A stretch of 64,000 nt of DNA, filler included, from Candidatus Hydrogenedentota bacterium (GTDB taxonomy: Bacteria > JBFMHD01): the NCBI GenBank assembly GCA_040752395.1. It is 7 parts of 7 records of this genome, joined end to end, with 100 filler letters (N's around TTAATTAATTAA, not from the genome) between each part and the next. Parts side by side here need not be neighbours in the genome. Positions count along the whole stretch, not along the records: positions 28,863 to 38,334 come from JBFMHD010000106.1; positions 38,435 to 47,881 come from JBFMHD010000107.1; 5 more parts are not named here. One strand, given 5' to 3'. A model generated the notes under the pieces. It made no database searches and had not been told where the DNA came from. It saw only the letters and a program-made list of their open reading frames with translations. The stretch's first letter is position 1, and each line of letters opens with the position of its first letter. Of the stretch, positions 28,951 through 38,475 are shown piece after piece. The translations under genes were made by a program, and so were the position numbers.

Positions 28951-29269
28951 AGGAGTACTCATGAGCGCGGTTTGCGCTCTACACTATTGTGTTCTTGGGT
29001 TATTGGGTTATTGGGTTATTGGGTTTTTGCGCTCTACACAATATATGAAAAACTAAAGATGATATAAAAAGAGTCGTGAGTCACAAGTCGCAAGTCGTGA
29101 GTCAAAACAGGACTCAAGACTCAAGACTTTTCAGCAGGTTCCGGGCTTTTGGCTCCAGCCGGCTGTAGTCCGTAGCCTGTAGCCTGTCCTGACACCTCTC
29201 ACTTCTTCCGTTATCTTGCTTCTTGCTTCTACTTGATATTATTAGAGTTAGAATGTTTTTCAGAGGAGG
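28951..29269 (+). repeat. Full-length modular element upstream of rpoZ
   Basis: All modules in order: REP-like hairpin, TTGGGTTA array, second GCGCTCTACAC, GAGTC/GACTC hairpin, CAGCCGGCTG hairpin, TCTCACT/TCTTGCT, 3' core with GGAGG. Confidence 0.93.
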
Positions 29270-29279
29270 TATTACTGAG

Positions 29280-29489
29280 ATGCGAGCGACTCTTGAAAAT
29301 TTGCAGGATAAAATCCCTAATAAATATAAATTATGTCTTGTTGCTGCAAGAAGGGCTAAAATGATTACAAACGGTGCACCACCACTGTTATTTACTAAAA
29401 ACATAAAGCCAACCACTATTGCACTTGAGGAGATACTTAACAAGAAAGTCACTATAAAAGAGGGGAAGAAATCCAAAAGTAAACAATGA
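29280..29489 (+). CDS. rpoZ: RNA polymerase omega subunit
   Basis: NKYKLCLVAARRAK, KPTTIALEEI; upstream of coaBC; start moved to ATG 29280. Confidence 0.92.
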   Translation: MRATLENLQDKIPNKYKLCLVAARRAKMITNGAPPLLFTKNIKPTTIALEEILNKKVTIKEGKKSKSKQ

Positions 29490-30685
29490 GTCATTTTACC
29501 GTAGGTTTAGGAATAACTGCAGGTATATCTGCATACAAAATCTTATATTTTGCTTCATTACTAAGAAAGAATGATTATAAAATAATCCCAATTCTTACAA
29601 AAGACAGTCTTAATTTTATAACCCCTCTTTCCTTGCAATCAATTTGTGACAACAGAGTCTATTTCAACCAGTTTGAATTAGTTGAGAATTATAATCCAGA
29701 ACATATAGCTATTGCCAGAGAATGCGATTTAATTGTTGTAGCGCCTGCAACAGCTGATTTTATATCTAAGATGGCTAGTGGTGCTGCTGATGAGCTATTA
29801 TTATCCGTGATTTTATCTTTCAAGAAAAAAGTAATAGTAGTTCCTGCAATGAACCCGGCAATGTATAATCATAAAGCAACAAGGAGGAATCTGGAACAGA
29901 TTGAAAGATATGGTTATAAAGTTATAGGTCCGGTGGAGGGCTGGAGTGCGTGCGGAGATTTTGGCAAAGGCAGGATGGTTGAGCCAGAAGATATATTTTA
30001 TTATATCGAGGAAGAGAGGGGCAGAATACAGGGTAGATTAAAAAATAAAAAAGTTTTGTTAACATCCGGACCAACCATAGAATTTATCGACTCGATGAGG
30101 TATATATCGAATTTATCAAGTGGGTTTATGGGTAAATTCATAGCTGAAGAATTAATTAGAGAAGGTGCGCTTGTTGAGATTATTTCAGGTCCTGTAAAAA
30201 TCAGTTATCCATCGGTTTGTTTGGTTACTAAAATTAGTTCTGCTATTGAGATGTTTAATCAAGTTAAAAAGAGAATCGCAAATAATGATTGTTTTGTAGC
30301 AGCAGCTGCTGTTAGTGATTATAGACCCGAAATAAAAGAAAAGATAAAATTACCTAAAAAAGATAGCATTGATATCAAACTTATCAAAAATCCTGATATT
30401 CTGGAGTGGGTGTCAAAGAATTATTTTAAGAAAAAGTTTATAGTCGGTTTTTCAGCTACTTCTAATTTGAAGGAGAGCCCACATCAAAAATTAAAGAATA
30501 AACCGGTGGATTTACTTGTTGTCAACCCTGTTGGAGTTAAGGGTAAAGGTCCTGGTGAAGAGATAAATGATGCGATAATTTATGATACCAATGCTAATAT
30601 ACTTAAAGAATTAGATTCTTTACCTAAAAAAGAGATAGCTCGACATCTGGTCGAGATGATTATTAACAAAAGTATGAGCCCATAG
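29486..30685 (+). CDS. coaBC: Phosphopantothenoylcysteine decarboxylase/ligase
   Basis: GISAYK, APATAD, PAMN, GKGRM, TSGPT, NLSSG, AAVSDY, NPDIL. Confidence 0.95.
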   Translation: MSHFTVGLGITAGISAYKILYFASLLRKNDYKIIPILTKDSLNFITPLSLQSICDNRVYFNQFELVENYNPEHIAIARECDLIVVAPATADFISKMASGAADELLLSVILSFKKKVIVVPAMNPAMYNHKATRRNLEQIERYGYKVIGPVEGWSACGDFGKGRMVEPEDIFYYIEEERGRIQGRLKNKKVLLTSGPTIEFIDSMRYISNLSSGFMGKFIAEELIREGALVEIISGPVKISYPSVCLVTKISSAIEMFNQVKKRIANNDCFVAAAAVSDYRPEIKEKIKLPKKDSIDIKLIKNPDILEWVSKNYFKKKFIVGFSATSNLKESPHQKLKNKPVDLLVVNPVGVKGKGPGEEINDAIIYDTNANILKELDSLPKKEIARHLVEMIINKSMSP

Positions 30686-30717
30686 TCTCACAGCAAGAGA
30701 TATCGGCCGGGGATTAT

Positions 30718-31401
30718 ATGCAGAATGTTTTAAATAGAAGATATCAGGAAATAATGGATGATTTTATCGAGTATTTAAAATTTAGATGTGCAGAGGCTGA
30801 TATAAAGATTGATTATCATAAGATCGCGGAAAAAAACGAGGAGCTCTGGAATGAATTTGAAAAAAAGATAAAAGAGTGTAGAGATTGTTCTTTATATAAA
30901 AAGAGAAATAATGTTGTTCCTGGAGCAGGTAGCAGAAATTCGAAACTTTTAATAGTTGGCGAAGCACCCGGGGAGCAGGAAGATTTACAGGGGGTACCAT
31001 TTGTAGGGGCTGCTGGTGAACTCTTAACTAAAATATTAAACAGTATCGGGATTAAAAGAGAAAATATTTACATAACCAATATTATTAAATGCAGACCACC
31101 TAATAATAGAGAACCTTTTACAGAAGAAATAGAAGCCTGCAACAAATATCTGCAATGGCAGATAGACAGAATAAAACCCGCAATAATTTTAGCGCTTGGG
31201 AACTATGCTATTAAAACTTTAACAGGGGTCAAGGAGGGGATCACTAAAATTCACGGTGAAATATTTAACTATAGAGGTATACCTGTGATTGTTTCATTTC
31301 ACCCTGCAGCTTTATTAAGAAACGAGGTTTATAAGAGGCCTACCTGGCAAGATATGCAGAAATTGCAACAGCTACTCAAGGAAAGAGAAATAAAAATATG
31401 A
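30718..31401 (+). CDS. Uracil-DNA glycosylase family 4
   Basis: CRDC, GEAPG, PFVGAAG, KCRPPNNR, FHPAALLR. Confidence 0.93.
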   Translation: MQNVLNRRYQEIMDDFIEYLKFRCAEADIKIDYHKIAEKNEELWNEFEKKIKECRDCSLYKKRNNVVPGAGSRNSKLLIVGEAPGEQEDLQGVPFVGAAGELLTKILNSIGIKRENIYITNIIKCRPPNNREPFTEEIEACNKYLQWQIDRIKPAIILALGNYAIKTLTGVKEGITKIHGEIFNYRGIPVIVSFHPAALLRNEVYKRPTWQDMQKLQQLLKEREIKI

Positions 31402-32078
31402 GAGATTTTAAGATTGTTGGTTGTATAGAGGCTGATAGACCGGTTTTTAAAGCTAAATTAGCAAAAAGGTATGGAGCAGATTTAGTGGAAGTCCGGGTTG
31501 ACCTTCTTAAAAACTATAAGAATTTAAAATATATACTAAAAAATATTAAAAATAAAATAAAGATCGGAATTATATTAACAGTAAGAAGCAAAATTGAATC
31601 AGGGATACAGGGAAAGGGGCTGGATGATAATTTGCTGGTACAATTATATAATGAGGGATTAGAGTTTGCAGATTATGTTGATATCGAGATTTCATCAATA
31701 AAAGTAATGGAGAGCATTATTGATAGAATACGAAAAGAGAAAAAAAGACTCATTTTAAGTTATCATAACTTTAAATGTTTACCACGAAATTTAAATAGAG
31801 TTATTGAAAAGATGAAGAAGATAAAGAGTGATATAAAAAAGATAGCTGTAAGACCATCAAATATGACTGATATAATAAAACTTGTTAAAATATTGAAATC
31901 AAACAGGGATATGGTTATAATAGCGATGGGTAAGGAATATGAGATGACACGTGTTTTTTTCCCATTATTAGGTAGTAAATTTGTTTATTGTGCTATAGCT
32001 AAAGCTACAGCCCCTGGTCAGTTAAGTTTGCGTTCTCCGGTTATAGCATTACTAAAGGGAGATAAAAACTATGTATGA
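31398..32078 (+). CDS. aroD: Type I 3-dehydroquinate dehydratase
   Basis: VEVRVD, ILTVR, DIE, LSYHNF, IAMG, TAPGQ. Confidence 0.88.
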   Translation: MRDFKIVGCIEADRPVFKAKLAKRYGADLVEVRVDLLKNYKNLKYILKNIKNKIKIGIILTVRSKIESGIQGKGLDDNLLVQLYNEGLEFADYVDIEISSIKVMESIIDRIRKEKKRLILSYHNFKCLPRNLNRVIEKMKKIKSDIKKIAVRPSNMTDIIKLVKILKSNRDMVIIAMGKEYEMTRVFFPLLGSKFVYCAIAKATAPGQLSLRSPVIALLKGDKNYV

Positions 32079-33705
32079 AAATTTTTATGGGTTTACTGAG
32101 AACCCGTTTTCAATGACGCCAGATACTAAATATCTTTTTTATTCATCACATCACAGGGAAGCCTTTGCTGCTTTAAAATACGGGATAGAGCAGAAAAAAG
32201 GGTTTATAGTTATAACAGGTGAGGTAGGGACAGGAAAGACCACGATTTGCCGAGCTATTTTAAATCAGCTTGATCCCACAATCAATGTTGCTCTTATTTT
32301 TAATCCTATGATGAGTGAGATAGAATTATTAAAAGCTATTCTTGATGATTTAGAGATAGAGAAAAAAGGGGAGACTGTGAAAGACATTGTTGATTCTTTG
32401 AACGAGTATCTTTTAAAAGAAGCCACAGGTGGCAAAACCACTGTGCTTATAATCGATGAAGCCCAGGATTTGTCTTCTAAACTACTTGAACAGATAAGAC
32501 TCCTCTCGAATCTTGAAACAGAGAAAGAGAAACTATTGCAGATTGTTCTTGTTGGTCAGCCTGAACTTATGTATAATCTTCAGAAGGAAGAGTTGAGACA
32601 GCTACGACAGAGAATAACAGTATCCTATCATCTCAAACCATTAAACAAAGATGAGGTTAAAAGATATATACAACATAGGCTTTCAGTTGCAGGCGATACA
32701 GGCTCAATTACTTTTGCTGATAAGTCAGTTGGGATGATTTATAGGTATTCAAGAGGCATACCGAGATTGATAAATAGTTTGTGTGATAAATGTCTTCTTG
32801 TTGCTTATGTAAAAGAGGTGCATGAAATTGACACTGTTATTGTTAAACTCGGTATAAAAGAGCTTGAGGGGTATAGGTTCCCTGTTTTACAAAAGAAAAT
32901 TATACCCGAAATTATAAGAATTATTAAATACATCACCGTTGGTACAGGGCTTGGGTTAGGCATATCTATTGTGCTATTCTTGTTTTCTAATACTGAGCTT
33001 ATTATGTATAAATTCAGAGTGAACTTTCAGCCTCAATATAAGTTAAATCAGCAATTACTTGAATCAGGGTTAAAGAGGATAGAAAAAAATGAATTTATTT
33101 TACCTGCTGATATTAATGAGATAGCGGCTTTCGAAAAATTTTTAATAGAGAATGGAGCGAAGGAAGTTTTATTACCACGAGAGAGTTTCAGAGGGATGTC
33201 TGATTTACTTTTTACAGCTCTTGAAAAAAACGGATACAAAGCCTATTTTTATGTTGGCAATTTAGGAACTATTAAAAATATAGGTTTACCTGCATTTATC
33301 AGAATCAGTATTCATAAGACAGATGAGATGGTATTTCTGCCGATATTAAAGTTTTCAAAAGATAGATATACAGTAGTATTTTCGGCTGAGAATGTTATAG
33401 ATGTGTTTTCAGCTGATATTGATAGAATCTTTAACGGCAGAGCAATTATTGTTTATAAAGAGGATGACAAGTATTTAAAACCTATTTTAAGAGCAGGAAT
33501 GAAAAACTACAGAGTTACAGAACTTAAAAAGAGGCTTGAAAAACTGGGGTATAAGGTCGCAGATTATAGTGATACCTTTGATAGTAATTTTGAGATAGTG
33601 GTAAAAAATTTTCAAGCTGATTATGGATTAATATCAGACGGGATTTATGGAAACCAGACAGCTATGCTTTTATATAGAGTATTTAGTGAAAAGGTTAAAT
33701 TATGA
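32071..33705 (+). CDS. ExeA/GspA-family ATPase with C-terminal peptidoglycan-binding domain
   Basis: MYENFYGF...PF, GEVGTGKT, IIDEAQ, LVGQPEL, GIPRLIN, VKNFQ...DGIYG. Confidence 0.88.
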   Translation: MYENFYGFTENPFSMTPDTKYLFYSSHHREAFAALKYGIEQKKGFIVITGEVGTGKTTICRAILNQLDPTINVALIFNPMMSEIELLKAILDDLEIEKKGETVKDIVDSLNEYLLKEATGGKTTVLIIDEAQDLSSKLLEQIRLLSNLETEKEKLLQIVLVGQPELMYNLQKEELRQLRQRITVSYHLKPLNKDEVKRYIQHRLSVAGDTGSITFADKSVGMIYRYSRGIPRLINSLCDKCLLVAYVKEVHEIDTVIVKLGIKELEGYRFPVLQKKIIPEIIRIIKYITVGTGLGLGISIVLFLFSNTELIMYKFRVNFQPQYKLNQQLLESGLKRIEKNEFILPADINEIAAFEKFLIENGAKEVLLPRESFRGMSDLLFTALEKNGYKAYFYVGNLGTIKNIGLPAFIRISIHKTDEMVFLPILKFSKDRYTVVFSAENVIDVFSADIDRIFNGRAIIVYKEDDKYLKPILRAGMKNYRVTELKKRLEKLGYKVADYSDTFDSNFEIVVKNFQADYGLISDGIYGNQTAMLLYRVFSEKVKL

Positions 33706-34841
33706 GTATTATTTACGAAGCATTAAAGAAAAAGGAAAAAACTTTAGAGAGTTTACCTCCGAGTCTTAGTAGAGAAAAAAAAGAGTCAAATAAACGCGTT
33801 ATTTTATATGGCATTATTTCTTGTTTGATTTTTATCTTAATTTTAGTTTGTTGTATAGCATTTTTATCTTTTTATCTTGGAAGAAAAGTGGAAAAAGTAC
33901 AGATAGCTGAAGTTGAACCCAAAATCGCAAAAGAGCCAGTGGTAGAGACAAAATATTTTGATTATATTATAGACATACCTGAAACCGAAACAAAAATTGT
34001 AAAAGAGCCGATAGTGGAGCCGAATGTCAATGTGTCGCCTCCTCCGGATGCTGTTGATAAATATATAGAATTGAAGGAGGAGGGTAATTTTATAAAGTGT
34101 GAGGATATTTTACTTGAGGCTATATCAGAGAACCCTAAAAATAATAAATATAGAATGGAACTGATAAGATATTATCTTGAGCTTGAGAGATTTAAGGAGG
34201 CCAAGGTTTTAGTGGATGATTTAATTAAGCGAGGATTTCAGGGTTATGAGACTGAAGCGATGAAACGCAGGCTAAGCGGAGAGGATCTTGGTGGGAAATT
34301 TTTTGAATTCCCCGGGGCAATTATCTCGAATATCCAGGGTAAAATAACATTTAATAATAAACCGGATATTTTGGACAAATTAAGTCAGGGAGATAAAGTG
34401 AGTATTATTGATGATGGAGAGATAGAATTCGAGATTTTCAGTGGTAGATACAGGGTTGAGGGACCTGCTGAGTTTGCTTTAGAAAAAATATCAAAAGCTG
34501 GAGAAGGGTTATCAAGAAAATGTGAGTTAATAATAAAATTAGATAAAGGAAGAATTAAAACGAAAATACCTCCTTTCGGAAGTTCTTTAGACGTCGAGGT
34601 GGTGTTATCTTTTGGAGTATTAAAGACAAATTCTGCAACATTTTGTGTGGAAGCTTTTTTGAATAAAGAGGCTGAATTAATTATAGGTGTTGTATATGGT
34701 CATTCCAGGTTTTTCGAGAAGACCACAAAAGCAGGGATTATTGACTTACCGCAGGGAATGTATACGATTTATAAGACTGCTGGTTCTGGTGGCAGTGTTC
34801 GTAGGATCGATGAAGACTTAAAATTAGGTTTTATATTTTAA
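33702..34841 (+). CDS. ExeB/GspB-like membrane protein with TPR and FecR-like regions
   Basis: MSIIYEALKK N-terminus, TM helix, coupled to ExeA. Confidence 0.55.
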   Translation: MSIIYEALKKKEKTLESLPPSLSREKKESNKRVILYGIISCLIFILILVCCIAFLSFYLGRKVEKVQIAEVEPKIAKEPVVETKYFDYIIDIPETETKIVKEPIVEPNVNVSPPPDAVDKYIELKEEGNFIKCEDILLEAISENPKNNKYRMELIRYYLELERFKEAKVLVDDLIKRGFQGYETEAMKRRLSGEDLGGKFFEFPGAIISNIQGKITFNNKPDILDKLSQGDKVSIIDDGEIEFEIFSGRYRVEGPAEFALEKISKAGEGLSRKCELIIKLDKGRIKTKIPPFGSSLDVEVVLSFGVLKTNSATFCVEAFLNKEAELIIGVVYGHSRFFEKTTKAGIIDLPQGMYTIYKTAGSGGSVRRIDEDLKLGFIF

Positions 34842-34844
34842 CGG

Positions 34845-34955
34845 TTTTCCGTTATCTTGCATCTTGCTTTGGCCAGACACATAGGTCTGCCACTACATTG
34901 TTTTCTGATACTTCTTACTTCTTATTTCTTTACCGCTATAACTTGAGGGGTTATA
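34845..34955 (+). repeat. Element modules enclosing a GTAG-REP-like hairpin
   Basis: CCGTTATCTTGCATCTTGC, then minus-strand GTAGTGGCAGACCTATGTGTCTGGCC (34871-34896), then CTGATACTTCTTACTTC. Confidence 0.75.
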
Positions 34956-34974
34956 TCAGTACCTCGAGGTATTA

Positions 34975-35322
34975 ATGGAACGTCGGCAATATAAAAGGTT
35001 AAAAAAGCCGGTAAAATTTATATTTTTTCTTCAGGGAGAGGAATTTTTAAGAGGTGAAGCCACGGGTGTAAATCCGCAAGGGTTTGCTGGTGTGGTAGAG
35101 CCGACAGAGGGTAAAAGAATAGCGCGTCGGGCTTTTGAAGGAATGGAGGGCGAGGTTGAATTTGACTTAAAAGCAGTTGATATTCTTCCTGTAAAATGCG
35201 AAATCATCCGAAGCAGCAATATTGAAAACGACCCAAAGAAAGTATTTATGGCATTTAAAATATTAAATATGGATAGCAGAGATAAAAAGATGTTATTAGA
35301 ATATATAAGCAGGACGGATTGA
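34975..35322 (+). CDS. PilZ-like protein
   Basis: ERRQYKR N-terminal motif; second motif degenerate. Confidence 0.55.
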   Translation: MERRQYKRLKKPVKFIFFLQGEEFLRGEATGVNPQGFAGVVEPTEGKRIARRAFEGMEGEVEFDLKAVDILPVKCEIIRSSNIENDPKKVFMAFKILNMDSRDKKMLLEYISRTD

Positions 35323-35366
35323 GCACTGCCTTATTGAGAGAAATGTAAACACCAGGAGGTTATCGT

Positions 35367-35672
35367 ATGGAAAAAAATGATGCCAAGAAAAAATTTTTAG
35401 AGTTTGTGTATAGTATGATGAATGCTGCGTTTATGCAGATGGGTAAAACTGTTAACCCGATCACAGGTAAAACTGAGAAGGATTTGCCTGGAGCAAAATC
35501 TACTATAGATTTACTTGAAATGTTTGAGGCTAAAACAAAAGGTAATCTTGATAATGATGAGGAAAAATTTTTAAGAGATACACTTACTATGTTGAGATTG
35601 AATTATGTAGAAGAAGTAAAAACAGAAGAATCTAAACCCAAAGAACAAGAGGCTAAAACCAATGGGAAATAG
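35367..35672 (+). CDS. DUF1844 family protein
   Basis: MGK..NPITG, AKSTIDLL...KTKGNL...LRLNYV. Confidence 0.85.
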   Translation: MEKNDAKKKFLEFVYSMMNAAFMQMGKTVNPITGKTEKDLPGAKSTIDLLEMFEAKTKGNLDNDEEKFLRDTLTMLRLNYVEEVKTEESKPKEQEAKTNGK

Positions 35673-35931
35673 AGATTACAGAGATGAGATAGCTGATAGA
35701 ATTTTTGAAGAAGCTAAAATAGGTTTAAAAGAGGCTTATCAGGCTATTGATATAACTCTTGAGATGATTAGATTGCTGGTTGAAGATGAGGTTAAGAAAA
35801 GGGGCAAGGCATTTTTGCCAAGACTGGGTTTCTTTTATAAAGATTTATCACTGAGGAAAACAAGAAAAGATACTTATGGTAAAATATTTTTCAGTCCATC
35901 AGCAAAAGTCACAGAATACGAGATGTATTAA
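35662..35931 (+). CDS. Divergent HU/IHF-like DNA-binding protein
   Basis: 89 aa; LPRLGFF and IFFSPS resemble the HU beta arms, but the arm is shortened. Confidence 0.45.
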   Translation: MGNRDYRDEIADRIFEEAKIGLKEAYQAIDITLEMIRLLVEDEVKKRGKAFLPRLGFFYKDLSLRKTRKDTYGKIFFSPSAKVTEYEMY

Positions 35932-37040
35932 TGCCAGGGACGATTATCATTCCTGTTTATAACAAACATAATTTAGTGAGAAAATGCGTATTATCAATTA
36001 TCAATAGTTTCCCTTCTTGCGTTATGATAAATATTATTGATAATGCTTCAGATGATCTTACTATAACTTTATTACAACAGCTTCAGTCAGAGTTTAATAA
36101 TATAAATGTAATCTATAATAAGGAAAACATCGGGTTTGCAAGAGCCGTGAATCAAGGACTGCGGATGATAGAGGGGGATTGGTGCGGCATAGTTAACAGT
36201 GATACTGAATTTGATAAAGAGTCAGTGTCAAGGTTATTAAATTATGTTCAAAACGACAAGGGGTCATTATTTGGGCCTGTAACAAATTATACAGGCTCAA
36301 GACAGATTATAAATGTATATGCTAATAGAAAAAAATTTATAGCTGAATTTTTTACAAGACAAAAAAGTATCGCTTATGAAGTTGAGCGAATCACGGGGTT
36401 TGCAATCTTTGGTGCTAACGAGATATTTGAGGACGTGTCTGAATTTGACACAAGTTTTATCGGTGGAAATTTTGAGGATGATGACTACATATTACGCGCG
36501 TTATTAAAAGGATATAAAGTTAAAATAGCAAACGATGTTTATGTTGAACATCTTGGTCATTCGTCGTATGGAGGGATGAGTGATAGATTTATAAAAATTA
36601 TAGAGAAAAATAAAAGGATATTTTTAAATAAATGGCTTAAGAATTCAACGCAAAAATACGTAGCTCAATATATTTATCTTCATTCTGATAAGAAAGAAGA
36701 TAAAGCCCAAATATTACAGAATTTTTCGTCTGATTACTATATTATGTTAAATAGAGCCATAGAATTATATGAGAGTAAAAATTATATTGAAACTAATGAG
36801 ACTTTGAAAAAAATTTTAAATAGCCGGGATGACGATCCTTTTTTATATCTCTTTTATGGGCTAAGTTTATATAAATTGAACAGATTGGATGAGGCTTTAG
36901 AATTTTTAAAAAAATCTATAGAAATTCGGTTTTTTGATAGAGATGCTTTATCTAAAATTGCAAGAATCTATAATGAAAAATCTGATATATTGAAAGCTAA
37001 AGATTATATAAATATATTATATTGTTTTGTGAAACATTAA
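35931..37040 (+). CDS. GT2 glycosyltransferase with C-terminal TPR
   Basis: IIPVYN, IIDNAS, NIGFARAVNQG, FEDDDY. Confidence 0.85.
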   Translation: MPGTIIIPVYNKHNLVRKCVLSIINSFPSCVMINIIDNASDDLTITLLQQLQSEFNNINVIYNKENIGFARAVNQGLRMIEGDWCGIVNSDTEFDKESVSRLLNYVQNDKGSLFGPVTNYTGSRQIINVYANRKKFIAEFFTRQKSIAYEVERITGFAIFGANEIFEDVSEFDTSFIGGNFEDDDYILRALLKGYKVKIANDVYVEHLGHSSYGGMSDRFIKIIEKNKRIFLNKWLKNSTQKYVAQYIYLHSDKKEDKAQILQNFSSDYYIMLNRAIELYESKNYIETNETLKKILNSRDDDPFLYLFYGLSLYKLNRLDEALEFLKKSIEIRFFDRDALSKIARIYNEKSDILKAKDYINILYCFVKH

Positions 37041-37044
37041 AATT

Positions 37045-37770
37045 ATGCAGGAAAAATTTCAAAAGATAAAAGAAAAGTTTATAGAAGCTAAAGTAGTGGT
37101 TGTTCTTACCGGAGCAGGAATCTCAGCCGAGAGCGGAGTCCCTACTTTTAGAGATGCGATGTCAGGATTATGGGAAAAATTTAATCCTCAAGAATTAGCT
37201 ACCCCACAGGCATTTAGAAGAAATCCTGAACTCGTATGGAAATGGTATAAATATCGTAGAGATTTAATACAAAAAGTAAAACCGAACCCAGGTCATTATG
37301 CTATCGCTACATTAGAAAAACTTAGTAAAGATTTTTTACTTGTTACACAGAATGTTGATGGTTTGCATAAAGAGGCGGGTAATAAAAAATTGGTTGAGAT
37401 ACATGGTAATATTACACGATATAGATGTTTTAATAATTGTATTTTTATGGATAATCCAAAAAGCGAATTACCCATAAGATGTGAGAAATGCGGCGATTGG
37501 ATTAGACCTGATGTAGTATGGTTCGGTGAAAATTTACCTGAGGATGCTTTAGATAAATCTTTTAAATATATTAACAATTGTAATATATTTTTTAGTATAG
37601 GTACTTCAGGTGTTGTTCAGCCGGCTGCATCGTTTCCTCTTATGGCAAAAGAAAAGGGCGCTTTTTTAGTTGAAATAAATTTAGAACCAACACTTATCTC
37701 AGCTTATACTGATATCTCTATTTATGGTAAGTCAGGAGTTATTTTGTCTGAACTTATAAAACAATTATAG
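37045..37770 (+). CDS. cobB: NAD-dependent deacylase (sirtuin)
   Basis: GAGISAESGVPTFR, TQNVDGLH, HG, RPDVVWFGE, GTSGVVQPAA. Confidence 0.93.
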   Translation: MQEKFQKIKEKFIEAKVVVVLTGAGISAESGVPTFRDAMSGLWEKFNPQELATPQAFRRNPELVWKWYKYRRDLIQKVKPNPGHYAIATLEKLSKDFLLVTQNVDGLHKEAGNKKLVEIHGNITRYRCFNNCIFMDNPKSELPIRCEKCGDWIRPDVVWFGENLPEDALDKSFKYINNCNIFFSIGTSGVVQPAASFPLMAKEKGAFLVEINLEPTLISAYTDISIYGKSGVILSELIKQL

Positions 37771-37930
37771 GCAAAAAGAGATTCCTCACAAAATACCAAA
37801 AGGATACCCTGATAGTAAATGCAATTTTGACAATTAAGAATATTATTATCTACTAATTTGCCATTTTGACAAAGAATATATAAAAATATACCTGCTAATA
37901 TTAAAATTAAATTGGGCATACCTGTTGCTT

Positions 37931-38308
37931 TATAGCGCTTTGGCGCTCTATATATAACCACTCAGTTAAAGTTCGGAGGAGTAGTCATGAGCGCGGTTTG
38001 CGCTCTACACTATTGCGTTCTTGGGTTCTTGGGTTATTGCGTTATTGCGTTTTTGCGCTCTACACAACGTATGAAAAACTAAAGATGATATGAAAAGAGT
38101 CGTGGGTCGCAAGTCGTGAGTCAAAACAGGACTCGAGACTCAAGACTCAAGACTTTTCAGCAGGCTCCGGGCTTTTGGCTCCAGCCGGCTGTAGTCCGTA
38201 GCCTGTAGCCTGTAGCCCGTCCTGATACTTCTCACTTTTTCCGTTATCTTGCTTCTTGCCTCTTGCTTCTACTTGATATTATTATAGTTACAATGTTTTT
38301 CGAAGGAG
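37931..38308 (+). repeat. Full-length modular element with a degenerate upstream REP-like hairpin
   Basis: TAGCGCTTTGGCGCTCTATA at about 37933, full module series from 37977, 3' core TTTTTCGAAGGAG before ATG 38316. Confidence 0.92.
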
Positions 38309-38334
38309 AACCAAAATGGTCATTCAACCTGAGA

Positions 38335-38434
38335 NNNNNNNNNNNNNNNNNNNNNNNNNNNNNNNNNNNNNNNNNNNNTTAATTAATTAANNNNNNNNNN
38401 NNNNNNNNNNNNNNNNNNNNNNNNNNNNNNNNNN
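38335..38434. other. Artificial contig linker
   Basis: N-TTAATTAATTAA-N. Confidence 0.99.
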
Positions 38435-38475
38435 GTCGTAACTGATTGTAATAGAGTTAGTGTTGGAGGTAATTT

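Noticed and set aside
28951-29269. CRISPR or other repeat-spacer array
   Set aside because: No constant repeat with unique spacers and no cas genes; inter-module sequences are conserved between copies.
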